Assembly: GCA_003693705.1 (NCBI GenBank)
Contig: RBZT01000499.1
Span: forward strand, 339,526-403,525
Direction: 5' to 3'
DNA length: 64,000 nt
From: Polymyxa betae A26-41
Lineage: Eukaryota > Protista > Endomyxa: Phytomyxea
Shown here one piece after another: positions 1 through 11,013 of the stretch. Each line of letters begins with the position of its first letter. Positions within the stretch are counted from its first letter, which is position 1. Below the pieces are notes generated by a model. The model saw only the letters and a list, made by a program, of their open reading frames with translations. It had not been told where the DNA came from and searched no databases. The position numbers and the translations under genes were made by a program.

Positions 1-1580
1 CAACGACCGAGAATGGGATCCCGGCTGATGAGGAGTGTGTGATGGCGACGAAGTTCAGAAATGTGAGAACAGAGACGACAGTGGCCGGGATAATGATCCA
101 GGTCATGACGAAGACGCGCTTCCATTGCCGGCCTCGATTGCGCTTGTAGTAGGACGCCGACGAATAGCCACCGGCGAAAGACGTGAGCACCCAGGCCGTC
201 AACACATTGGTGAGCAGAGCACCACGCCATCTATTTTGTGATATTTCAATACAAAGAGTGGTCGCTCAATGAGACTCAAAAAAGTTCCATTAAGCAGTGA
301 AACGCTTGCAATAAAAGCTTGGAACGAATTTAACGAACAACAAAATGACGATAACAATAACCAAAAAATATTCAGACCATATAATGCATTTAAACAGCAC
401 AAAGAAAGCAACAGCTTCGTACCGATAGACGTGACCTGTTATAGCTAACAGACAGACCAAAGCGAGCATACAGAAGAGCTGATGACCAGCACCAAGTAAC
501 GTCGCCAATGACGAAAGATGTGGCGGCGGCCGGAACACATCGCCATGAATCTGTTTCCACCCAGATTCGTCATTGACCGTATCCAGATCGAATCCGTCAT
601 CATCCAAGCTGTATCGAGCATAATCGTTCCGTAATGTCCTGATCACAATCAGAGCGACTAGGCCGCATAGAAATAGCACCATCATGAACGAGTTAAAGAA
701 AGAAAACCAATGAATCTGATGCTCAAAGAAATCGCTATCCAGATAATGGTCGAATCGGCTTTCGAAGGTTTCCTCGGTCGGCTTCCAATGAATTTCAAAC
801 GTAAATGGATAGGTGCGCCCTTTGACGATGGGTTGCAGATTATCAGAAGTCAACATGACCTGGATGATGCGGTCGTCATTGTAAGTGACATCGAGGCGAC
901 GATGCGTGTAAAGATAGGCAGCAGCCGGGGTCTCATCACCGCCCGATTGAGTACCATCGGAAAACTCACCAAAGAGGCCCCATACTGGAAGCTCGTCCAT
1001 GTACATTTGATACCAGTAAAGATTCTTAACAGCATTGGTGAAGATCTCGACGGATTCCGGGGTCAATACGAGCTCACAGAGCGTCGTTTTCTCGCGATCT
1101 TGCTTGAACTGGATTAAAATTCCGCTATCTAGAGAAAGTATAAGAAAATGTCTGTTTACTATGAAATCAAAACCAAAATGATACAGAAACAGCACAGGCT
1201 TAGAGCCAGCTGAATTACTAACGCCTATAGCGAACAGAAAAGTCGACCAAAAATATACAAAGTCGAATTAGAGAAATTTGAAGATTACCAGTTAGTTCAT
1301 TGCCCTCTAATAGAGACCCAAGCGTATCGGATTTAATGGTAGGAGACTTTTCGTACGGGCGACAGAACGGCATTGATTTGTACGAATACGTCTCCTGCGG
1401 GTTGAAATTCGGCCCGACTTTGTTCATCCATAAAATCACAGTCTCGCCAGGCGAATACTAAACGACGAGTTTAAACGTTATTGGATAACCGTCATCGCAG
1501 CGATTAACCTGATGGCTGCTCTCATCAGCGTACGACAGACATGCGGCGATGGCCAGCAATATCAAATTGTTCCACCACAT
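1..1580 (-). CDS. Transmembrane 9 superfamily (EMP70/TM9SF3-like) protein, multi-exon, 3' end runs off the window
   Basis: Signal peptide MWWNNLILLAIAACLSYADE at ATG 1580; motifs LWMNKVGPNFNPQETY, YWYQMYMDELPVWG, HQIHWFSFFNSFMMVLFL, ESGWKQIHGDVFRPP. Confidence 0.93.
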
Positions 1581-1799
1581 GGCAGGCCAATACGTCAGGA
1601 GACGCCCTGGGCCGTCGCGAGCAGGCAGGCGGCCACGACGGAATCCAGGAGAGCGATCACGACCTGAGATGAAGCGCAGCGAAATCTCTTTCAGATGTCG
1701 ATGGGGTTCCGCACAATTACCAAGGAGGCCGCGTCGCTGCTATTCCATTCAGTCTTCCTCTTTCGATCAACATGGACCCCCCCCCCTGGATCATGTTTC

Positions 1800-1801
1800 N
1801 N
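1800..1801. other. Assembly gap (NN) flanked by poly-C tracts
   Basis: Two N bases with C-runs at about 1777-1786 and 1818-1828. Confidence 0.95.
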
Positions 1802-1859
1802 GAAATGGGACGGACAACCCCCCCCCCCATGGCAGAAAGAATTCACTATCACAGCCTAA

Positions 1860-1907
1860 CTGAGATATGTTGCAGACGTAGAGCTTAGCTGAGATATGTT
1901 GCAGACA
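1860..1907. repeat. Short direct repeat CTGAGATATGTTGCAGAC x2
   Basis: Identical 18-mer at 1860 and 1889. Confidence 0.85.
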
Positions 1908-3137
1908 GAACGGAAATTCTACATATGTGGTTGTTTATATGTTAGAAGTTGAACATGATCTTCGTAATTGAGCCGGTTGTTGCGATCCACGTCAAGCTAC
2001 AACTGAATTAGAGCGGTCAGCATATCAATATGCAATGATAAAATACCTGCTGAACAATGGCCCGGGCTTCATGAACTGGCATTTTACCAATAACGGTTAA
2101 AGAAGCGAACAGATCTTGGATTGCAATGTGGCCGGGTTTGGTTCCATCAGAAAGCACCTGTTGAAGGCAACTGAGAGTTTGGAACAGACCACCGGTCCCG
2201 TTGGACTTACAGCAAACGCATTCAGCAATTCATCGCGATCGAAACCTTCTGCTTTCTTGCTCAGAGTAGCACAAAACCTATCAGGGACATTTGATTCGAC
2301 ATCGGCCGACGACATCACCATACTCGTGGAACTGGACGCTACCGTCTTTATCGGAGTCTAACATCTTGAAAAACTGCTCGACTTCTTCCTGGAGACATAT
2401 TCAATACCGTCGACAACAACATTCTGATGAACACGACCTCATTCGATTGAATGCGCAGAATTGAAAGGAGCATCTTGACCTCTTGTTTATCAATGGCACC
2501 ATCTAAACAGTGGGGTCATGGGGTCAGCCCCGTTTACCCCAGTACACGCGGCCTCCTCACCTCGATTGGAATCCACCAGATCGAAGCTACAGTGTATCAT
2601 ATTGGGTTACTTTGAATAATGGATTCATTGACTAACATTGTCTTGAGCTCAGCAAGCTGCTCCTGGTCGCAAACTGGCCGGGTAGCCGATGCCGACCCTG
2701 GCGACATCGCTATGCGCCGATCGTTCAGGGTACTTAGGATCTGGGATCGCTTCTTAGACCCAAATTTGGCTGAAGATGTCGTTGTCGCGACTTTCGATCA
2801 CTTGATTTTTGGTTTAAGTTTCACTTAAGTTCGTATTCTATATCCAGCGTTTTTCTGTTTTCTCGTCGCCAAGTGTGATCACAATTTTGTCGTTGACAGA
2901 ATATGATTAGCATTAATTGGAATTATCTTGCTGTCGTTGGTTTGAGGTTCTTCTCTCTATGTTGATCTCAATGCTTTCTATGTTTGATTCGCACAAATAT
3001 CATAGTATCAATTTCTTTTAAACTGTGCATGTTAATATCACAGCATCTCCTATTTCATCACATTTTCTGATCATTAACGAATACACGATCGTGCAATCAT
3101 CCCATGTTACTTCACGAAAGGCCAATCGACTTTGGCG

Positions 3138-3890
3138 TTATTTCCACTTCTTGTTGAACTCACCTGTAGCATCGTCGCGATTCGTGGCGAGCATTGTCTC
3201 GATATCCTTTGCTTTCGTCACCAAATGCTTCAAGAAATCCTGATCGAACTCTTTCTCAGCCGTTCTTTCCAAATCTTGTCGCAGATGCATGACCAGATCC
3301 TGAGCCTTTGAGCGTTGCCTTTCAAGCTGATCGCGCTCTCTCCGAATCTGCTCCATTTGGCGTTCGTGGTCGCCTCTCAACTTGGTCATTTCGCGGCGCA
3401 TAGAAGCGATCTGTTCTGTGAAGTGTTGCTCCGGAGTCAGGGTCATTTTGCTGCCGATATCTCGAATCGATTGCATGACGCGATGTCGGGCTGATCGGGG
3501 CGACTCCTCATCATCTGATTTCGCCTCCATGCCTTGACGTCGCTGCAGGGCGATGTACGCCATTTCGGTCGTCGTGATCGCATCGAAGATTGAACGTAGA
3601 ATGCCGGATTCAGCCGGTGCCGGCTTCGTTTCTGGTGCTACCGGCAACGTCGACCGAGGTGTCAGCGGCTTTGACGACAGCAACTTTGGCGAGATCGGCG
3701 ACGTTGTCGTTATCGAGCCTCGCCGCGAGCTTGACCGCGATGGTGATTCTTCGACAAGAATACGCGGCATCATATCGGGGTCGGCGCTTCGTCGGCGAGT
3801 CAGAGCTCGGCGCGATATTGGATCGACTGAAGGCGGGCAAGATTCAGCATCGTTGTCACTGACGATGAACCGGGGTCGAAGCAAATCCAT
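3138..3890 (-). CDS. Hypothetical protein, Ser/Pro/Arg-rich N-terminus and C-terminal coiled coil
   Basis: 250-aa ORF from first ATG 3890; heptad-like EMTKLRGDHERQMEQIRRERDQLE. Confidence 0.7.
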   Translation of the reverse strand: MDLLRPRFIVSDNDAESCPPSVDPISRRALTRRRSADPDMMPRILVEESPSRSSSRRGSITTTSPISPKLLSSKPLTPRSTLPVAPETKPAPAESGILRSIFDAITTTEMAYIALQRRQGMEAKSDDEESPRSARHRVMQSIRDIGSKMTLTPEQHFTEQIASMRREMTKLRGDHERQMEQIRRERDQLERQRSKAQDLVMHLRQDLERTAEKEFDQDFLKHLVTKAKDIETMLATNRDDATGEFNKKWK

Positions 3891-3949
3891 GTTCAAATAT
3901 TGGCGGCGATGAATCAGATTTATGGACTAAGGGAGATATTTTTACAAAA

Positions 3950-5767
3950 CTAATAGCTTGGCACAGAGGCGATGATCTTGCGGCACTGGCGCCAATATAA
4001 GGCATGCAGGGTCAGCTCGGCTAGAAGCAGTGAACCCACCATAACGTATACGACCATTTCCGACGCAAAGAACAGTGTACAGGTCTTTGTAGCTGAATCG
4101 AAATGTCGGACCAGGTAGCCTGTGCAATCTGGATCCAGACATCGATTCATGGGAATCCATCGTCTCTGCTGACCATGACATTGGACGACAGCGCTACACG
4201 TCTCCGGCATCGTCGCTATCCAGAGTTAATCACTCATTGAAACGTTTTTGAGGGCGTACTGTTTAACGACAGACGGTTTGCCATGCCGAACCTGACCGCC
4301 TCCAGATCAAAGGCAGCATAGAAGGCGCGCATCGCCAGCGCCCCGAACGTTATCGATGGTGGTGATTCCATCGATTGCGCGATCGGTATATCGCGAGAGA
4401 TGCAGAGCCTGGAACCGGATATCAGGACAATTGTCTATTGACACCGGTGAGTAACCTCGCCGATCCATTGCCCATCGGCAGCAGCAATTGGTCGAGCGGC
4501 AGGAACAGCAGAGGACCGGCCGGATTCAGCTGGAACGTTAGCTTCGGCAGCGTCTTTGTGGCATTCGCTGGGACCCAGCAAGGCATCGGCTCCGAGTCAT
4601 AATGGACGGAGGGGATCCAGGCCATCACCTAGAAAATCGATTAGCGCTGGCGATGGACTAATAAGAACGCTGAGCACCATGTCGAAGAATTCGGCGGGCA
4701 GACGAAGACAAGACGCCCCCGTATCGATCAGCGCTGATAATTGATTATTCGCGAAGCGCAAAGGACAACTGTAGCGCGATGTCGTACCTTCCCATTGGTG
4801 GCCGCTATAGTTGGCAAACAGATTGGCACCGCAGACAGTCAGGTCGAAAACAGTAAACCGATGAACGTATGGCTTGTCGTAAGGGTTCTGCGACCCCCAT
4901 TGTATTACAGGTTTGTATTCATCTAATCGTAACGGGTTCAGAAAAATAATTCCGAACGTAATTCTGAACAAAACCAAACGATGTTTAGATCGCAGACGAT
5001 ACTGAGCTGAAACTAAACAACTATCAACACATGAAGCTTAGTTGAAACCCGTTGAAATATTTCCGAATCTGCAAAACTGTTGTAAACCTGAGATATTGCC
5101 TATCCCGAGGACGGGGGTCTCCTCACCCAGATCCAACGTGAATATGTCAAAATGGCCGGTGTCGAGTCCCGCCAGACGACGGAATTGAGTACAAGACTCG
5201 TCATGAGGGTCGAGACAGTACACGCGCTGTAATGACGAATATGCCAACCCGATAAGACCATCCACACCCTGAAAAGTCTGGAACCTATCCGGCCCTGATC
5301 CACGCCAGATTTGAAGTTTATCGACACCAATGTAAACCAGCGTCGCTTGTAGATCATCGCCAACCCGAACGATATCGGTGCCAACCATCGTCCTTCCTGA
5401 ATTATTGACAGTCGCCCCGTCGATTTCAAGCTCGAACGCTGCCCGAGATGTGTCCACGCCGAGAGAAGTACCAGTGCGAAATGATGATGATCTTGTATGA
5501 TTGAAGCACTGCGACCCGCAAATGCTGGAATCGGTAAAGATGACCTGAAAGAGGCGGTTATCGAGCCATTGTCGACGACGACGAACAAACCAGATCGGAA
5601 GTGCTGGTGTCGACAATGAACGTGAGATTTTGGGGCGGTGTCCCGATGCGGATAGGAATCAGGGCGTGCAAGCGGTCGTCAGCGAATTTCAGCGGATATT
5701 GGGTGGCCGATGTCGTAACTGCCGCGACAACGGCCAGGATCAGACGGCACCAGGCCGATGTCGCCAT
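3950..5767 (-). CDS. Pepsin-family (A1) aspartic protease with signal peptide and C-terminal TM anchor, multi-exon
   Basis: IRIGTPPQNLTFIVDTSTSDL (first Asp), GVDGLIGLAY, ALIDTGASCLRLP (second Asp), FYAAFDLEAVRFGMA, Cys-rich linker then hydrophobic VVYVMVGSLLLAELTLHALYW. Confidence 0.88.
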
Positions 5768-5931
5768 GCGATCATGTGGACAGATCCAATTGGGCATGAC
5801 CCGAACCAAGGAGGCCCTGCATTGAGCAGTCACACGCATGCAGTTACGTTACCATTGTTTTTACTAAAACATTTTTGCACTTTAGAAAAAACAAGCAGAA
5901 CGTTCTGACAAATTTGTGCGCGCAATTTTGA

Positions 5932-5991
5932 AAGGTCCCATAATGGACCTACCTAGATGGCTCGATTACTTCAGCCCCTGAAATGACGCCG
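5932..5991 (+). promoter_or_regulatory. Putative snRNA-type promoter of U3 copy 1 (USE-like AGGTCCCATAATGGACCT plus proximal block CGATTACTTCAGCCCCTGAA.TGACGCCG)
   Basis: Blocks conserved upstream of both U3 copies while spacers diverge; resembles plant USE RTCCCACATCG. Confidence 0.7.
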
Positions 5992-6000
5992 ACAAACTTC

Positions 6001-6212
6001 AAGATCATACTTGTACAGGATCACTTCTATAGTGATTTCTCCTGTCTAGTCATACCCAAATATGACAGATCTACCAACCTGGACGATGATCCAAAGGCGC
6101 CTTCGCTTAGCGCGAGGCTGGATCTGGCCATTCTTTTGGCCAGCATCCACGATGACCGTACCGTTTGCTATCATTCCAGCTTATGGTTGCGATGGCGCTA
6201 GTCTGACAGGTT
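6001..6212 (+). ncRNA. U3: U3 snoRNA, copy 1
   Basis: 5' AAGATCATACTT (box A'), GGATCACTTCTATAG (box A), GGACGATGA (C'), AGCGCGAG (B), CGATGACCG (C), GTCTGA (D); terminal stem AACCTG/CAGGTT; 212 nt. Confidence 0.92.
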
Positions 6213-6232
6213 CATCTCATAATCAAATCGAA

Positions 6233-9125
6233 TTATTTTACTCGGGGTGTCATCACCCGGTATATTGGCCGATCAGGATCATCATCAAAGATTATCCGCA
6301 TCGATCTGGGTGTGTTATTGCTATATTTCGATCCCGTTCCAGATCGTGGAGTTGGTGACGATGAGGGCTGTCTAACATGCTTTCGTTCGCCACGTCGCTT
6401 TGCACGTTCAGCGTCGATTTGTCCAGACTGATGTTGCAGCAAAACGAATTGGTACAGCGACTTCCAGTTGTGAATAGCACGCCTCTGCTTAGCTTCATTT
6501 TTAACCTTGGAATTGGATGTGCCCTTGGCCAAGCAGTCGTCAAGATCGCATTGAGTCGCTCTGCTGTTGATTAGGACTAAATCCCAAGCAGCATTTGAGC
6601 GTCGTCGAGCCTCATCTATTTCGTCGAAGATACAGGGATCCAAATCGCTTTCTCCAATGCTGGAGACCATTGGAATCCGGTTAGGTAATCGACTTACAAA
6701 TGGCGTAGTTTTTGTTGACGATGTCGGTGATGTTTTGGTGCTTGATTGTTTGCTTGATGCTCTCGAAATCGCATCGGTATTCTCACTTACGCCTTTGCTT
6801 TGAGATGGCTGTCGATCGCCGCCATCGTTCATCACATAGTCTTCAAGATTAGGATCGCCAATGTTGCTTCTCTTATCTTGTTCATAGCGCTCAAACTTCG
6901 CTTCTAAATGGCCTTCGTGTCCAACATTTGGAACGTCGGAATTGGGCTGGATAAGATCGTCAAGATCTCGGTAGCGAGGCTGTTGGTTTTTATCATTGGC
7001 GCCGTACTGAGCGGCATCACGATGAATCTCGTCGATCATCGCCTGGATTCCTTGATGGTCAATCTGATCGAATTCGTCCGCAGAAATGTTGCTTGGCTTT
7101 GGCGACTCCAGTTCATTGAGCATTTCGTTCATTTCCGGAATTTGCATACTGTCAGCTTGAGAATACAGCTCCCTAGCATGACGGCCGCCTCGCGCAGAAC
7201 TTCCGTTTTGAACGAATGCTGTTCCATCTGATCTCGCTCGTCGATGTCCTCCAGCCGGTTTCGATCTTTGTGACTTTGTTGGCTGAGCAGCATTCTTACG
7301 TGCCTTATCTACAGCTGCTGCTATAGTTGTATCTTGATCCCCATTGGCTTCGGCGGCGATCCGGCCTGCGATGTGGCCTGTATCACAACCGCGCTGTGCA
7401 CTTTCTGAGCTGTGACCACTTTCTTTCGGTGTAGTCTCTGAGCCGCGATTGCTGTCTGTTTGCTCCTTCGACAATGATGGTTGCGAAGTGCTGTCGAAGG
7501 AGATCTTGTTAGCATCTGGAACAGTGGCCTTTAGTAACGAGCTGTCTCTAGTCAAGCGGCCAACACGATGAATCTGTGATATCGCTTGCTGCTGGCGGCT
7601 CGCTTGTTCCAATTTGAAAATTTGTGTGGAGAAGTTCGTCGTCATCTGCTCCTAAGAGAACGTGGAACCCATTGTTATTCCAAGATTCAATTTAAAAATA
7701 CCTCTTTTTGCTTCCAATGCTTCCTCTCAACGGCGAATGCTTCTTTCAGACCGCGAACTTCCTCAGCACTAATCACATTCAGTAACGAGTGTATTTTTCG
7801 TCGACATCTGTACTGTTGTCGTTCGAGTTCCTCACGAGCTCGGGTCATTGCTGAGATCTGTGATCGCATGTTGATATCGCCTTGCTGAAGCGCTTTTGAG
7901 ACAGTGACAGACGAGACCGAATTCTCGAGACGCTCCTCGAGCAGACGAATTCGTACTTGCAAATCTTGGATCTGTTCGGCTGCTTTCGCATCATCAGCGG
8001 CTTTTTCAAGCTTCAATGTTCGAAGGTGATCCCGCTGCTCTTTCAGCTGCTTTTGGTATCGATCAACCAGCTCAGCCAGATTTGTCGATTGCTGTTTAGC
8101 AGCATGGAGCTCTTCTTTGACTAGATTCATCTATAACTTTGTAAGGATAGAGGATCAAGCCAAGGTAGCATTCTGAGACCTGCAACTCGAACGTCTTCGT
8201 GCGATTATCGAGTTTAGCTCGAGCTTCCTGCAGTAATCTGTTCCATTCGGCAGCCTCGATTCGCCCGTCACCGTTGAACGTGATCTGTGAGCCCATCCTT
8301 TGCAGAATCGGGCGATGATCGGCTGGATAGTCTCGTAACGTCGTCCCGTGCAACTGTTGGTTGTGAAGGCGCTGATTCACATCGTTTTCAGTTATTAATG
8401 TTTTCAATGCCAACAGCTGCTCATAGAATTCGTTTCTTTGCTCAGATAAGGTAGCATTACGTCTATCGAGTTGCCCTTTCATATAAACTTCGCGAGCTGC
8501 CTGTTCAGCAATGCATTTCTCTAACGAAATGACATACTGCCTATACAGTTCCATTTCATGGCGATTTTCGGCAACAATTTCGTTGGCGTGCTGTATCTGG
8601 GCAGCACAATGGCTAAGAGTCGATAACCGGGACATGACATCAAAGAATAGCACGTCGATGGACGAGTTCAAGTTGCATTGGCTTCGGCAGCCATCTGCCT
8701 GAGCAGCGCTTAGAAGCCTATCTCGAATACAAGTGAGGTCTAAAAGATCCGGTGATGATGGGGTGCTGGGGTCCCCAGGGTCCACTACAACCTTGCTTCC
8801 TTCTAGCATGTTGCATCTGATATGAGATCACCAGCGTACTAGGGACACTGCCTTAATCATCATCGAATGAAAACCGCGAAAGCTTGAATCCCCGATAAAA
8901 CCTATCGTAGATACTCATTGGATGGCCTTAAACGCTAATGAAAGGCATGGATGTGGTCAAAGCTTCGAACACATTCTTGTCTTTATGGTTCTGGTTCAAC
9001 AGCTTTAAGCCTCCTTCATTTCGTGACCAATCTGGTCCGCTTATGGGGATTCGTTGAAGCGATGATAGAGAATCTTCCAGCCATCCAAGAAATATTGACG
9101 CGATTGAGGGCCGAAGATACTTCAC
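6233..9125 (-). CDS. Large hypothetical coiled-coil / low-complexity protein, multi-exon, start uncertain
   Basis: Co-oriented ORFs 6233-7645, 7687-8130, 8096-8809 and 8928-9125 separated by intron-sized gaps; coiled-coil composition. Confidence 0.7.
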
Positions 9126-9463
9126 TCTCCAACACTTGATGGAAGATACTGCATTCCTAGTACAAACATAACGCGAGCAGATGGATTGATGCTTTAGCGA
9201 GTGTCTGATTGATAAACAAATGATTCAACTCGTCGATAATCCTGATTTCAGGATTACCCACGGCTACCAACTACGCGATCCAGTTCGGAGAAAACCTGTG
9301 AATCAACGAACCACTGCTCCTTTGTATGTACGATTTAGGTATACCAGACCTTTAACGGCCAACGCCCTGTAATGAGAATAGCAGAGTGTCTTTCAGATAG
9401 TGGAGAGAGGCGGAGTCCGTGCGCACACCCCTTTGAAGTCGCTTTGAAAGGCAATTGGTCGCC

Positions 9464-9754
9464 ATGCCCAAGGTTGAAGGCCCCGATCTCGAGCGGTATA
9501 TGGACAAGCACGTCCTCCTGAAGCTGAACGCCAACCGGCGGGTTAGCGGACTGCTGCGAGGCTACGACCAGTTCATGAACGTCGTGCTGGAGGACACCGT
9601 CGAAGAGGTATCCCAGGAGGAACGAAATAACATCGGCATTGTGGTATGCTCGCAGAAAATTTACAAATGTTGTCCATTTAGCTGCGATCAGGTTGTTCGA
9701 GGAAACAGCATCAACATGATTGAACCATTAGAAAAGGTCGAAGGACGCCGTTAA
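9464..9754 (+). CDS. SNRPG: Small nuclear ribonucleoprotein G (SmG), one intron 9644-9691
   Basis: PDLERYMDKHVLLKLNANRRVSGLLRGYDQFMNVVL...VVRGNSINMIE, Sm1/Sm2 motifs. Confidence 0.93.
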   Translation: MPKVEGPDLERYMDKHVLLKLNANRRVSGLLRGYDQFMNVVLEDTVEEVSQEERNNIGIVVCSQKIYKCCPFSCDQVVRGNSINMIEPLEKVEGRR

Positions 9755-9787
9755 ACTCTAAATATACCATCATTGATTTTATTTGTA

Positions 9788-10890
9788 TCATCGCCGAAGG
9801 AGAGGCTCGACGCTAGTTTGCCAGTATTGCTTGCTTGCCCTGGACGTCACCAAGAACGTTGGAAGATTATGATAGACCGTGAATTCAGGGCATTTCAGGA
9901 CATCGCCCAAAGTCGAATTGAGATCAACCAGCAACATCTGGTCAGACGATTCGTTTTGGCGAAATGTGACGCAAACCGATTTCATGTTATAATGGCGGTG
10001 GGCGTCCCATTCGGGTGATGGCAATAGCATCACGTTCAGCATCTCTCGGAAGGTCACATCTTCATGCCAATCACGAATCGTATCGGTTGTGTGGTGTTCT
10101 GGATAGAGAATCAGCACAGGCCAATGCAGCTTGTTCTCTTCGTCTAGGAACGGTTTCGAGTCCAGAAGTGTATCGCCGGCACCGAACACGATCTCATCCT
10201 CTTCTTCATCGGCCTCGATTAAATGAATGCCACGTTCGCGGCAAGCATCGCGAACGATGGCCGCCTGTCGCTGCTCCTCAGAGGCTCTCGCCTCCTTTTC
10301 ACGTTGCCGTCTTCGTTGGGATATCAATTTGTCGCGGGCGTCGCCAAATATCTTCTTAACAGACTCGTTGTTGGCATCGATTTTCAAGGCACGAACACAA
10401 TAATCCATGCAGTCCTTATAGCGCCCTAACAACAACAAGGCTTTCGACGTCCGGTATAGAACTTTGATATTGTCAGGTCTATACTCAAGACTCTTTTTGC
10501 AATCGTCAAAGGCTCTGCCCAAATTCCCAAGTTGCAGATGAACTTGGGCTCTGTTTCCGTAGATAGTAGCGATCAGGTCTTCGTCGGTAACCTTGTGTTC
10601 CAAGGCATTCGTATAGTATTGAATGGCATCGGCCCATCGATACTTTCCGAGTTTATACGCCTGATTTCCGCTGTTTTTCAGTCCCTCAGCGAGATCTAAC
10701 AAAACAATAAGATAGATGAAAAAGCAAAAAAGTGACTGCGACCGTTGGGATCAGTCTCGTCCAATAAAGCATTAAGAGCTTCCATATGTGTGGACATTGG
10801 CTCTCCCTCAGTAGGGATATGGTCCATGAATAACGGCATGCTCTGAAACTTCCTTTCCAGTTCTTCATCTTCGGGTGAAAGTCTGGTCAT
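9788..10890 (-). CDS. TTC4: TPR co-chaperone TTC4/CNS1-like, one intron near 10695-10742
   Basis: N-terminal MPLFMDHIP, three TPRs (AEGLKNSGNQAYK...YGNRAQVHLQLGNLGRA), wheel-domain LHWPVLILYPE. Confidence 0.88.
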
Positions 10891-11013
10891 GATATCTGCA
10901 GCTTCGCCCAGATCCGTCAGCTGATAATCAATTTCTGAGATATTTTCGAATTAAACTCCGTTGCGGAGTCCGCCACAAATCGGAAAATTACTATCTAACG
11001 AGTTCGTACTGTA

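Noticed and set aside
1549-1863. 104-aa plus-strand ORF
   Set aside because: Antisense to the TM9SF start, spans an NN gap and poly-C tracts, no motif
1920-3020. Short ORFs in an unusually long intergenic region
   Set aside because: Broken frames and no recognisable domain or termini; possibly decayed repeat but not supportable
5983-6358. ORFs 5983-6201 and 6062-6358 (+), and their apparent paralogue 30839-31150 (-)
   Set aside because: The shared peptide is just a translation of the duplicated U3 snoRNA, not a protein family
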